The notes beneath the pieces were generated by a model. It worked only from the letters and a program-made list of their open reading frames with translations. It was not told the origin of the DNA and ran no database searches. Of a DNA stretch of 64,000 nucleotides, positions 19,652 to 32,189 are shown one piece after another. Source of the stretch: an uncultured delta proteobacterium (GTDB lineage: Bacteria; Myxococcota_A; Polyangia; Polyangiales; Polyangiaceae); assembly GCA_963782055.1 (NCBI GenBank), contig CAWAIF010000002.1, forward strand, positions 256,001-320,000. The letters are read 5' to 3'. The translations under genes and the position numbers were made by a program. How positions within the stretch are numbered: position 1 is the first letter of the stretch; each line of letters opens with the position of its first letter.

Positions 19652-21112
19652 CTAGTTGTCGCAGCCGGCGCCGAAGACGTGCACGTTGGCGCCCGCGTTG
19701 GCGTCGGGCGTGAGCACGTAGCCGTAGCCGTTGGACGCCGCCGCCGCGAGCTCGTTCGGCTGGAAGGCCAGCACGAAGCGCCGGTTGGGGATGATCGCCG
19801 GCGACGGATCCCGCGTGGCCACCTGCACCGCCGTCTGCGTGGGCGTGGTGGCCGAGGCGGAGAGCACCAGCACCCGCTTGTCGTCCAGCCAGGCGATGGG
19901 CCCGGGGAGCTGCGCGCCGAGGCCCCCCTGGTTGAAGGTCTCGATGTCGACGTGCGTGGTCGCGTCGAAGACCGTGGCCTTCTCGTCCTCCAGCAGCCAC
20001 GCCAGCCGCGCGGAGACGGTGGTGTTGGGGCCGCCGTCGGGCACGGTGACCGACGACGTGCTCCAGAGCACGCCGCCCGTCGGCGTCTGGGCGAGGTAGG
20101 AGGGATTGTAGGTCGTCCCCATCCCTGCCAGCGTCCCCTGCTCGCCCGAGTTCTGTGCGCTGCCGGTGGCGGCGTTCGGCTCCAGGCTGAAGAGGGTGTC
20201 GAAGTTGCCGCCGTTCTGCTGGTGGAAGGTGACGAGGCGCGAGCCGCTCGCCAGGGCGACCCCCGAGCTCGCCGGGATCCCGGCGGTGGCGAAGAAGGAG
20301 ATGGTGTCCAGGTCCTTGAGCGGCGCGGTGATGTGCGCGGCGGGATAGGACAGGTTGTTGTCGTTGCGCACCAGGTAGACGCCGCCGGCGGTGTCCGGGA
20401 GCACCTGGTTGATGGCGGGCACGCTGATCTTCTCGAACACGGTGGTGGCGGAGATCTGCTTGACCGTGGGATCCGAGGGCACGTCCAGCCACGCGATGGG
20501 GACGTTGTAGTCGGGGCCGGTGCCGACGACGCTGCCCACGAAGTAGACCCGCGCGCCGCTCTGCACGATGTACGTCGGGAAGAAGGGCAGGCCGCTCACC
20601 GGGACCGATGGCGGGTTGCTGTCGGTCGGGTCGGCGACGGAGTAGGCGATGACGCCGTTGGTCGTGCCGACGAACACGAAGGGGAAGACGGCCGCGAAGC
20701 AGCGCCGCGCGCCGCCGCCGCCGCCGCCGCAGCCGATGTCACCCAGGGCGACGTGGAAGGAGCCGGCGTGGAAGCCGTAGGAGGTGGGGACGGAGCAGGT
20801 CTTGCTGTTGGAGTCGCAGACCGAGGCCTGGCACGCGGCCGCGGGGCACAGGTCGTAGACGCACTTCTTGCTGGCGGTGTCGCAGTGGCCGGTGAGGCAC
20901 GCGTTGGCCGGCGTGCAGTCCGGATCGCTGGTGCACTCCACCGGGTTGCTGGCGTCGACGCCGGCGTCGCCCGCGTCGCTGGCGGCCGCCTCCGGGCCAC
21001 CATCGCCGCCGGTGATGAGCGACTCGTCCAGGCCGAGCGAGCAGGCCGCGATGCCGCCGGCGGCGAGGAGCATCGCGCCGAGGGAGAGGGAGACGATCTT
21101 GGAGGCGCGCAT
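19652..21112 (-). CDS. Lipoprotein with Cys-rich N-terminal region (cassette 1, third gene)
   Basis: MRASKIV...GIAACSLGLDE lipobox; CTSDPDC...CLTGHC Cys cluster, then a beta-rich domain; ATG overlaps the upstream TGA. Confidence 0.8.
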   Translation of the reverse strand: MRASKIVSLSLGAMLLAAGGIAACSLGLDESLITGGDGGPEAAASDAGDAGVDASNPVECTSDPDCTPANACLTGHCDTASKKCVYDLCPAAACQASVCDSNSKTCSVPTSYGFHAGSFHVALGDIGCGGGGGGARRCFAAVFPFVFVGTTNGVIAYSVADPTDSNPPSVPVSGLPFFPTYIVQSGARVYFVGSVVGTGPDYNVPIAWLDVPSDPTVKQISATTVFEKISVPAINQVLPDTAGGVYLVRNDNNLSYPAAHITAPLKDLDTISFFATAGIPASSGVALASGSRLVTFHQQNGGNFDTLFSLEPNAATGSAQNSGEQGTLAGMGTTYNPSYLAQTPTGGVLWSTSSVTVPDGGPNTTVSARLAWLLEDEKATVFDATTHVDIETFNQGGLGAQLPGPIAWLDDKRVLVLSASATTPTQTAVQVATRDPSPAIIPNRRFVLAFQPNELAAAASNGYGYVLTPDANAGANVHVFGAGCDN

Positions 21113-22098
21113 CAGAACGCCCCCCGTAGCACGAGACCACCCGCCGTGGGGGCGACGAGGAGGCGCGCGCTGGCGTCGCTCCCCTTGTCGGCGACGGGCT
21201 GCGTCTCGTTCTCGTCCGGTGTGGGCTTCGGCTTCGCCTCCTTGGAGGGGAGCAGCACCAGCGTGACGCCGCCGGCGACGAACACGCCGGCGACGATGAA
21301 GGAGACGGTGGTCCACATCGCCAGCGCGTTGGCGTGATCGTAGGCCTGGCGGGTCGGGCCGGCGTTGTAGGCGTCGCCGGCGTCGTTTGCCGAGAGACCG
21401 AGCACGAGCCCGGCGAGGGCCGAGGCCCCGCCCACGCCGATCGCCGCGAAGCCGAGCGACTTGACGATGTTGGTCCTGGCGACCGGCGTCTCCACCACGA
21501 CCTTCTTCTCCGGTTTGGGCGTGGGCGGCGTCTCGGTGGTGTGGTCGGGTGCTGCCTTGGGCGTCACGTCCACCGTCTTCGTCGCGCCGACCTCCAGCGA
21601 GACGTTCTGATTGGTGATCGTCCCGTCGGGCGTCTTGACGTGGAGCGTGTGCATCCCGGGTGTGCCGTGCAGGTGCGCCGGGACGGGTGCCTCCGTCAGG
21701 GTGTCGAGCTGCACCTTGTCACCATCCGGACCGGTGACCGTCAGGGCGCCCATCGTCTTCTCGAGCGAGGCCAGCCGGGACTTGGCCGTGGAGGACTGCT
21801 GGGCGGTGAGGCCCTGCAGGTTGACCGCCCGGCCGTAGGCGTCCGCCGCCCGCTCCGGCTGGCTCGCCTGCTCCCACGAGACGCCCGCGGTGTAGAGCGC
21901 GACCGCGTTCGGCTTGTAGGAGGCGGCGGCCTCGAAGGCCATCGCGGCCTCCTTGAAGCGACCGCTCTCGAACGCCTTCTTGCCGGCATCGAACTGGTGC
22001 TTCGCCTCGGCGGCGGTGTCGGGGGTGTCCTGGGCTTGGGCGAGGGTAGGCGCGGCGCATACGAGCGCGATGCCGGCCAGAAGGGCGCGTGCGTTCAT
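21112..22098 (-). CDS. TPR + PEGA-like secreted/membrane protein (cassette 1, second gene)
   Basis: Signal peptide AQA; TPR helices AKHQFDAGKKAF..A...F; PEGA-like LTVTGPDG..GMHTLHV; two Gly-rich hydrophobic helices; ends GGLVLRGAF. Confidence 0.8.
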   Translation of the reverse strand: MNARALLAGIALVCAAPTLAQAQDTPDTAAEAKHQFDAGKKAFESGRFKEAAMAFEAAASYKPNAVALYTAGVSWEQASQPERAADAYGRAVNLQGLTAQQSSTAKSRLASLEKTMGALTVTGPDGDKVQLDTLTEAPVPAHLHGTPGMHTLHVKTPDGTITNQNVSLEVGATKTVDVTPKAAPDHTTETPPTPKPEKKVVVETPVARTNIVKSLGFAAIGVGGASALAGLVLGLSANDAGDAYNAGPTRQAYDHANALAMWTTVSFIVAGVFVAGGVTLVLLPSKEAKPKPTPDENETQPVADKGSDASARLLVAPTAGGLVLRGAF

Positions 22099-22113
22099 GA
22101 AGGTCGAGGATAC

Positions 22114-23895
22114 TCAGTACGGATTGGCGGGGAGAGCAAGATCGGGCGTCGTGCTGGAAGGGGCGGGGCTCCCGGTCTTGCCACCATGCGCCGAGGTGCC
22201 CGCGGAGGTCGTCGCGGGGTGGGGTGTAGGCGCGGGCGTGGGCGTCAGCTTCACCTCCAGGGAGGGGGGCGCCTGGTCGTCGAGCGTCTTGGTGAAGTCC
22301 TGGAAGCCCGCCGCGTGGATGACGACGTCGGTGGTCTTGCCGGCCGCCGGGCGCGGGACCTCGCGCATCGACGGGTCCTGCGTGGTGCCGTCGATCGTCA
22401 GGACGGCGCCGTCGGGCAGGCCGGTGATCGCGATGGGCTTCCCGGCGGCGGGGGGGGTGGCGGAGGGCGCCACGGAGGGCGCGGCGCTGGTCGTCGGCGC
22501 GGGCTCCTTCGGCGTGACCGCGGTGGGCACCGCCGTGTCCGTGGCCGGCGCGGTGGGCACCGGCTTGTCGCCGGCGCCCTGATGGGCGCGCAGCGCGAAG
22601 ATGCCGGCCACCCCGATGAGCGTGGCCACGAGCACGCCGATCGCGGCGGCCACCAGGTACTTGCCGGTGCTCGGCCCCTGCGGCGTGAGCGCGGGGCCCG
22701 TCCCGGAGGAGGCGTCCGACCCGGGGACGCTCGGCGCCGGGGTCGGCGGGTTCGTCGGCCAGGGCGACGCGCCGGCCTGCTGCACGCCGCTCACCACGCT
22801 CTGCACCGAGGGCGTGCCCGTCGTCGGACCGACGCCCACGTGCGCGCCGCTGGCGCTGATGTCGCCGGGCGCGGGGGCGTTGGCGGCGGCGCGGATGCGC
22901 TCGCGGCGCTTGCTCAGCGTGCTCCCCACGCGCTGCTGCACGAAGTGGCCGACGTGCGACTGCGAGACAATCGACCCGCTGTGCGCGAGCCACTCTTCCA
23001 GCGCGTGACGCATGCGGTCCGCCGTGTGGAAGCGCTGCGCGGGGTCCATGGACATCGCCTGCAGGACGATCTTCTCGAGCTCCGGCGGGTAGCTCCGGAT
23101 GATGCGGGAGGGCAGAGTGAACTTGCCCTGCAGGATGGCGTGCATCACCTGGGGATCGCCCTCGCCGGTGAAGGGGCGCTGGCCGGTGGTCGCCTCGTAG
23201 AGGACGATGCCCATGGCGAAGATGTCGCTGCGGCGGTCGACGGGCGCGCCGGTGATCATCTCCGGCGCCATGTAGCCGATCTTGCCCTTCACCTGGCCGG
23301 CCATCGTAGCCGAGTGCATCTGCCCGAGGGCCTTGGCGACGCCGAAGTCCGCCACCTTCACGTTGCCGTCGGCGCTGATCAGGATGTTGTGCGGGGAGAC
23401 GTCGCGGTGCACGACGTTCATCGGTCGGCCCTGCTCGTCGGTCAGGTTGTGCGCGGCGTGCAGGCCGGCGCACGCGTCGGCGACGATGCGCGACGCGAGG
23501 CGCGCGTCCATCGGCGCCATCTTCCCGGAGGAGCGCAGGATGTGGACGAGCGACTCGCCGCTGATCCACTCCATCGCCAGGTACAGGACCTTGCCCTCCT
23601 CGCCGAGCTCGTAGATCTCGCAGACGTTCGGGTGGTGGACGAGGGCGGCGATGCGCGCCTCGTCGAGGAACATGCGCTCGAACTCCGGCTCCTCCGCCAG
23701 GTTGGGGAGGATGGTCTTGATGGCGACGGTCTTGGAGAAGCCGTGGATGCCGTGCTGCCGCGCGGCCCAGACGCGCGCCATGCCGCCCTTGGCGATGGGC
23801 AGGAGCAGCTCGTAGCGCCCGAGACGCGTGCCCCGACGCAGCTCGGTGGTGGCCCCGTCGTCGATCACATCATCTGGCGCGAGCTGCTCCACCAT
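22114..23895 (-). CDS. Membrane Ser/Thr protein kinase (cassette 1, first gene)
   Basis: AKGGMARVW, VAIK, HRDVSPHN, DFGVAK, YMAPE; TM YLVAAAIGVLVATLIGVAGIFAL; PEGA-like and Pro/Thr-rich tail ending ANPY. Confidence 0.92.
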   Translation of the reverse strand: MVEQLAPDDVIDDGATTELRRGTRLGRYELLLPIAKGGMARVWAARQHGIHGFSKTVAIKTILPNLAEEPEFERMFLDEARIAALVHHPNVCEIYELGEEGKVLYLAMEWISGESLVHILRSSGKMAPMDARLASRIVADACAGLHAAHNLTDEQGRPMNVVHRDVSPHNILISADGNVKVADFGVAKALGQMHSATMAGQVKGKIGYMAPEMITGAPVDRRSDIFAMGIVLYEATTGQRPFTGEGDPQVMHAILQGKFTLPSRIIRSYPPELEKIVLQAMSMDPAQRFHTADRMRHALEEWLAHSGSIVSQSHVGHFVQQRVGSTLSKRRERIRAAANAPAPGDISASGAHVGVGPTTGTPSVQSVVSGVQQAGASPWPTNPPTPAPSVPGSDASSGTGPALTPQGPSTGKYLVAAAIGVLVATLIGVAGIFALRAHQGAGDKPVPTAPATDTAVPTAVTPKEPAPTTSAAPSVAPSATPPAAGKPIAITGLPDGAVLTIDGTTQDPSMREVPRPAAGKTTDVVIHAAGFQDFTKTLDDQAPPSLEVKLTPTPAPTPHPATTSAGTSAHGGKTGSPAPSSTTPDLALPANPY

Positions 23896-24025
23896 CGCAA
23901 CTGGAATTGTACACTCGGAGCAAGCGCTTTTCATCGTGAACGTGCAGCGCGCGCCCATTTGTCGCCAATTTGCCGCACGTCGCGAAATGGATGCGGTGGG
24001 GGACGCGGCAGGCGGCGCCGCCCGG

Positions 24026-25252
24026 TCAGGGTGTCGTGACGTCCACCGCGTCGCGCGCGCGGCGAGCCTCCAGCGCGAAGACGAAGCACTGCATGGCCTG
24101 GCGCAGGGAGACCGCCTCCTTGCGGCGGGCGGCGCGCACCACCGCGCGGAAGGCGAGGTAGCGGGGGCCGGGCAGGCCGAGCAGCGAGGCGCCCAGGGCG
24201 GGATCGCGCGGGGCCTCCATCGACCCGGCGAGCGACGCACCGGAGGCGAGCACGCGCGTGACGAGCACGTCGCACGCGAGCACCGCGACGGCGGCGTCGC
24301 CCGCGCCGATGGCGGCCTCGGCGCGACGCACCACGCCGCGGTCTCCCTCCGGGAAGAGCTCAGCCAGGGAGAGGGAGCCCTCCGGGGCCGGGGCGATCGT
24401 GGACGACTCGGCGAGGATGGCGCTGCGGACCGAGACGGGCGAAGGCCGTCCGGTGGAGATGGGCGCGGAGGAGGGCACGCCGCTCGAGATGGGCGCCGAC
24501 TGCGGCTCCGCCCGCGCCACGGCGACTGCCTCCCGCGCGGAGGCGGTCTCCAGCACCCGGTGCGAGGAGAGCCGCGGCACCGGCGACTCGGCCAGCTCGC
24601 GTACGGCGTCCTCGATGCCCAGCTCATCGGCGTCGAGCAGCACCGGCCGCGAGGAGTCGCCGCGCGGCATGTCCGCCTTGTAGGCCTCCACCACCAGGCG
24701 GGAGATCTTCTCCAGGCCATCGAACACGCCGAGGCAACGCGTGGCGACGGTGGCCGTCGCGGGCGCCGCGAAGAGGTTGAACCGGCGGTCCAGCTCGCCC
24801 TCCGAGACGACCTCCCCCAGGTCGCGCTTGTTCCACTGGAAGGTGTGGGGGATGCGCGACAGGCTCCGCCCGTGCTCGGCGAGGTTGGCGTTGAGATCCT
24901 CCAGCGCCTCCTGGTTGGCGTCCATCCGCGCGGACTGCGAGTCCGCGACGAAGACGATGCCGTCGGCGCCAGTGAGCACCAGCTTGCGCGTCGCGCTGAA
25001 GTAGACCTGCCCGGGCACCGTGAAGAGCTGCAGGCGGACGTTCATGTTGCGCACGCGCGTCACGCGCAGCGGCAGGAAGTCGAAGTAGAGCGTTCGCTCG
25101 GTGGGCGTCGCGAGCGAGACGAGCTTGCCGCGATGCTCCGGCTTGGTGCGCTCGTGGATGGCCTGCAGCGTGGTGGTCTTGCCCCCCAGGCCTGGTCCGT
25201 AGAAGACGACCTTGAAGACCAGCTCGCGCGTGAGGGGATTCAGGGCGGCCAT
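24026..25252 (-). CDS. MglA-family small GTPase with long C-terminal extension
   Basis: KVVFYGPGLGGKTT, ERTLYFDFLP, LFTVPGQ, GADGIVFVADS, WNKRD. Confidence 0.88.
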   Translation of the reverse strand: MAALNPLTRELVFKVVFYGPGLGGKTTTLQAIHERTKPEHRGKLVSLATPTERTLYFDFLPLRVTRVRNMNVRLQLFTVPGQVYFSATRKLVLTGADGIVFVADSQSARMDANQEALEDLNANLAEHGRSLSRIPHTFQWNKRDLGEVVSEGELDRRFNLFAAPATATVATRCLGVFDGLEKISRLVVEAYKADMPRGDSSRPVLLDADELGIEDAVRELAESPVPRLSSHRVLETASAREAVAVARAEPQSAPISSGVPSSAPISTGRPSPVSVRSAILAESSTIAPAPEGSLSLAELFPEGDRGVVRRAEAAIGAGDAAVAVLACDVLVTRVLASGASLAGSMEAPRDPALGASLLGLPGPRYLAFRAVVRAARRKEAVSLRQAMQCFVFALEARRARDAVDVTTP

Positions 25253-25411
25253 GGGTGGTGGGTCGACGGCTCGCGACCGTCCTACTGGAGTAGCGCGATC
25301 CCGCGCGATGCGGAAGCGGCGAAGCCTCGCGGCGCGCGGGCCCCGCGGGCGGCGAATGGGCGCGGATGTGCTACACCGCCTGCGGCGCGCTGCGAGGCGC
25401 CGACTGAACGC

Positions 25412-26125
25412 ATGGGCTACGTCGACCTGCATTGCCACTGGGTCCCCGGCGTCGACGACGGGGTGAAGACGCCCGCAGACGGCGTGGCCCTGCTCCGCGC
25501 CCTGCGCGACGCCGGCTTCACCACCGCGGTGGCCACCCCCCACATGCGGCCGGGCATGTTCGACAACACCGCCGCCGGGCTGCGCGCGGCGTTCGACGCC
25601 TTCGTCGCGACGCTCCCGGCGGACGTGCCGGAGGTGCACCTCGGCAGCGAGCACTGGCTGGACGACGTGGTCTTTCGCCGCCTGGTGGAGGGCGAGGGAC
25701 TGCCGTACCCCGGCGGTCGCGCGGTGCTCGTCGAGTTCAACCCCCAGGCGTTCCCGCTCCGCCTGCCGGATCGCATCTACGACCTGCGCCGCCGCAAGCT
25801 CGTCCCGGTCATCGCCCACCCGGAGCGCTACCGTCCGGTCTGGGACGACGCCGATGTGCTCGAGCCACTCCTGGACGCCGGCGCGTGCCTGCTCCTGGAC
25901 GTGTGCTCCCTCGTCGGCAAGTACGGCCGGGCGCCCCAGCGCGCCGCCGAGAAGCTGCTGGAGGAGGACGCCTACGAGGCCGCCTGCACCGACGCCCACC
26001 GCCCCGAGGACGTGGTCGAGGTGACCCAATCCATCGCCCGGCTGGCCAAGCTCGTGGGCCCGGAGGAGCGCGACCGCCTGCTGGACGCCGGCCCCCGCGG
26101 CATCCTCCGGGGCGAGGTCGGGTGA
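25412..26125 (+). CDS. PHP-family protein-tyrosine phosphatase (CpsB/CapC-like)
   Basis: DLHCH..PGVDDG, ATPH, LVEF, IAHPERY, TDAH. Confidence 0.88.
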   Translation: MGYVDLHCHWVPGVDDGVKTPADGVALLRALRDAGFTTAVATPHMRPGMFDNTAAGLRAAFDAFVATLPADVPEVHLGSEHWLDDVVFRRLVEGEGLPYPGGRAVLVEFNPQAFPLRLPDRIYDLRRRKLVPVIAHPERYRPVWDDADVLEPLLDAGACLLLDVCSLVGKYGRAPQRAAEKLLEEDAYEAACTDAHRPEDVVEVTQSIARLAKLVGPEERDRLLDAGPRGILRGEVG

Positions 26126-26183
26126 GCGGTGGACTCAGAAACTGCCGGGTAGGGCCCTTCGTGCTATGAGACCACCGCTTTCC

Positions 26184-27359
26184 ATGGCGGACGCGCCCGA
26201 GCACTCTTCTCCCTCCCCTGGCTTTCTTCGCCGCCACGCGGGCCGGTTCGCCGTCTCGCTCGTGCTGCTTGTGTGCGTCGTGTGGGGGCTCGAGCACTCC
26301 GGGCTGAACCTGGTGCCGCCGGCCGCGGCCTTCGCCCACGTGCGGTGGGTGATCGTCCCAGTCTACCTGCTCGTCGTCATGACGATGACGTACTTCCGCG
26401 CGGCGCGCTGGCGCTACCTGCTCGCCGGAGTCGCGGTGAAGGTGCCGCGCGCCAAGATCCTGAGCGTGTCGCTCGTGGGCTTCGCCGCCATCATGCTGTT
26501 GCCGCTGCGCCTCGGCGAGTTCGTGCGCCCGGCGATGATGCGCGAGAAGGGCAAGATCTCCTTCTCCGCCGCCACCGGGACCATCATCACCGAGCGCGTG
26601 GTGGACGGCCTCTTCCTCAGCACCGTGCTGGCGGTGTCGCTCCTCGTCGTCCCGACGATCCAGCCGCTGCCGGTCCACGTCGTCGACCTCCCCGTCACCG
26701 TCAGGCAGGTGCGCTACTACGCCTTCGTGACGCTGGGCGGGTTCTCCACCGCCTTCGTCGTCATCGCCGTCTACTTCTTCGCGCGCAAGTGGGCGCACCG
26801 CATCACCCTCGCCGTCGTCGGCGTCGTGTCGCGCCCGCTCGCCGAGCGCCTCGCCGGGGAGGCGGAGCGCCTGGCGGACGGCCTGGCGGTGCTGCGCAAC
26901 GGCCGCGCCGCCGCCGGCTTCCTCTTCGAGACGACGCTCTACTGGCTCCTCAACGCCCTGGGCATGTGGCTGCTCGCCTGGGGCGTGGGCCTGCAGCACG
27001 CCAACGGCTCGCCCGTCACCTTCGGCGAGGCGTGCGCGATGATGGGCATGCTTGGCGTGACGATCCTCATCCCCGGCCCGCCCGGGCTGCTCGGCATCTT
27101 CCAGGCGGGCATGTTCTGCGGCATGACGATGTACTTCCCCGCCGAGCTCGTGCACGGCCGCGGGGCGGTCTACGCGTGCCTGGTCTTCTCCGTGCAGGCG
27201 CTCTTCACCATCATCGCCGGCGGCAGCGCCCTCTTCTCCGGGCACACGACGCTCAAGTCGCTCTCCCACGCCGAGATGGAGGCAGGCCAGAGCGGCGGGG
27301 GGGCTGACGCGGGCGCCGCCCACGACGCCAAGAGCGTCGCGGTGGCCGAGCCCTCCTGA
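26184..27359 (+). CDS. Lysylphosphatidylglycerol-synthase TM / flippase-like membrane protein
   Basis: RAARWRYLL, LPLRLGEFVR, ERVVDG, PGPPGLLG.F; multiple TM segments. Confidence 0.8.
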   Translation: MADAPEHSSPSPGFLRRHAGRFAVSLVLLVCVVWGLEHSGLNLVPPAAAFAHVRWVIVPVYLLVVMTMTYFRAARWRYLLAGVAVKVPRAKILSVSLVGFAAIMLLPLRLGEFVRPAMMREKGKISFSAATGTIITERVVDGLFLSTVLAVSLLVVPTIQPLPVHVVDLPVTVRQVRYYAFVTLGGFSTAFVVIAVYFFARKWAHRITLAVVGVVSRPLAERLAGEAERLADGLAVLRNGRAAAGFLFETTLYWLLNALGMWLLAWGVGLQHANGSPVTFGEACAMMGMLGVTILIPGPPGLLGIFQAGMFCGMTMYFPAELVHGRGAVYACLVFSVQALFTIIAGGSALFSGHTTLKSLSHAEMEAGQSGGGADAGAAHDAKSVAVAEPS

Positions 27360-27406
27360 TCGACGAAAACTTGGCCCAGAGGCGCGGGTGGACGTAGCCG
27401 GATGGC

Positions 27407-27895
27407 ATGCGCCGCCCTGCCCTCTTCTCCTCCCTCCTGCACGGCGCCGCGGGGCCCCTCAGCGGCGCGGCCTTCGGCCTGCTCGTCGCGGGGGCGGTGG
27501 TGCTCTCCACCTCCGATGCCCGCGCGCGCTCCACCTACCAGTCGTCCTACGGCTACGACCGCACGTGGAACGCCGCCCTGCGGATGGTGCGCGTCGACAT
27601 GAGCTTCAAGGTGGACGAAAAGGACGAGAAGGACGGCTACCTGCTCTTCGAGTACAGGTCGCCGGAGTCGGGCAAGCGCCCCTCTCCGGGGTCGATCGAG
27701 ATCATACACGACTCCAAGGACCCCGACGCCCCGGTGGAGGTCATCGTGCAGCTCCCGCAGATGCCGCAGTACCACGAGCAGGTGATGGTCGACGCGCTCG
27801 TCCAGAAGATGCGCAAGGAGTACGGTGACCCGCCGGAGCACCGGCCCCCGCCGCCGAAGCCCGAACCCGACGCCGGCGCCCCCGACGCCGGCTGA
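27407..27895 (+). CDS. Hypothetical exported protein
   Basis: Hydrophobic leader ending ARA; strongly GC-biased third codon positions; Pro-rich tail. Confidence 0.65.
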   Translation: MRRPALFSSLLHGAAGPLSGAAFGLLVAGAVVLSTSDARARSTYQSSYGYDRTWNAALRMVRVDMSFKVDEKDEKDGYLLFEYRSPESGKRPSPGSIEIIHDSKDPDAPVEVIVQLPQMPQYHEQVMVDALVQKMRKEYGDPPEHRPPPPKPEPDAGAPDAG

Positions 27896-27901
27896 GCCGC
27901 G

Positions 27902-31012
<3,111 letters not shown>

Positions 31013-31013
31013 G

Positions 31014-32189
31014 TCACTTCACCTCGGTCTTGGTGACGGCGTCGCCTTCACGCAGGTCCGCCTCGGGGGAGACCACGACGAGGTCCGCCGGCGTGATGCC
31101 GTCGCGGACGATCCACGAGCCGTCGGGGGCCACGCTGCCCGTCACGTGGACGAAGTGCGCCTTGCCGCCCTGGACGACGACCAGCTCGTCCTGCGAGCCG
31201 GGTCGCCGCGCGGTGCCGGGGATGCGCAGCGCCGGGACGTCCTTCTCGCCGTCGATGGTCGCGCGCACGAAGCTCCAGGCGAGGAGGGGGTCCTTCGGGT
31301 CGTTGGGGACCTCGATCTCGATGGGCGCGCGCCGCGTGGCCTGATCGAGCGAGGGGACGACGACGCTCACCCTCCCGGTGATCCACCGGTCGCGGTAGGC
31401 GATCTTCGCCGTCTCGCCGGGCTTGACCAGGTCCGCCACCTCCTCGCCGACGGTGGCGCTCAGGCGGAAGCGGGAGTGGTCCTCCAGATGAACCAGGGCG
31501 ACGCCCGGCGCGACCACGCCACCGGCGGCGGTGGGCGCCTTGGTGACCAGCCCGGCGAAGGGCGCGGCGATGGACCGCTGCCCGGCACCCGTGCGCGCCA
31601 GCCGCTCCGCGGCGCGGGCGCCGTCGAGCTGCGCGCGAGCCAGCGCGACCTGCTGCTCCGCCTGGACGGCCTGCGCCTCCGGGATGGACTTGCTCGCGGC
31701 GAGCGCCTGGGTGCGCTTCATGTTGTCCTCGGCGAGCGCGAGGTTCGCCTCGGCGGCCTTCGTCTGCGCCTCCGCCTGGTTGACCTGGGCGCCGGCGATG
31801 GAGGTGTCGAGGTACGCGAGCGGTTGCCCGTCCTTCACGTCGTCGCCCACCGAGACCAGGATGCGGGCCAGCCGGCCGCCTTGCTCGAAGCCGATGTCCG
31901 CGGAGCGCCACGGCTTGATGGTGCCGGTGATCTCCACGCGGGGCCGCCACGTCGTCGCCACGGCGTGCGTCACCGCGACCGGCGGCCGCAGCGTGGCGGA
32001 GGCCTGAGCCTTGGCACGCTCCGCCTTCAGCGCGGCGCCCTTGGCGGTGGCCTGCTTGACCCGGACGCCGATGAGCACGGCGAGGCCCAGCAGCAGCGCG
32101 GCGCCCACGGCAGCGGCGATGCGCATGCTGGTCTTCCCGGCGGCGGGCGGCCGGGTCTCTTGCTCCAGTCCGGGAAGCGTCATGGTCAT
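31014..32189 (-). CDS. RND periplasmic adaptor (membrane fusion protein)
   Basis: N-terminal TM, lipoyl half-motifs GDDVKDGQPL and IAAPFAGLV, LDQATR; ATGA overlap with tetR. Confidence 0.9.
   Translation of the reverse strand: MTMTLPGLEQETRPPAAGKTSMRIAAAVGAALLLGLAVLIGVRVKQATAKGAALKAERAKAQASATLRPPVAVTHAVATTWRPRVEITGTIKPWRSADIGFEQGGRLARILVSVGDDVKDGQPLAYLDTSIAGAQVNQAEAQTKAAEANLALAEDNMKRTQALAASKSIPEAQAVQAEQQVALARAQLDGARAAERLARTGAGQRSIAAPFAGLVTKAPTAAGGVVAPGVALVHLEDHSRFRLSATVGEEVADLVKPGETAKIAYRDRWITGRVSVVVPSLDQATRRAPIEIEVPNDPKDPLLAWSFVRATIDGEKDVPALRIPGTARRPGSQDELVVVQGGKAHFVHVTGSVAPDGSWIVRDGITPADLVVVSPEADLREGDAVTKTEVK

Noticed and set aside
22114..24720. Extended N-termini in the ORF track (kinase 868 aa, GTPase 667 aa, TetR 448 aa, AKR 487 aa, GH35 738 aa)
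   Set aside because: The extensions overlap neighbouring genes; downstream starts fit the domain boundaries
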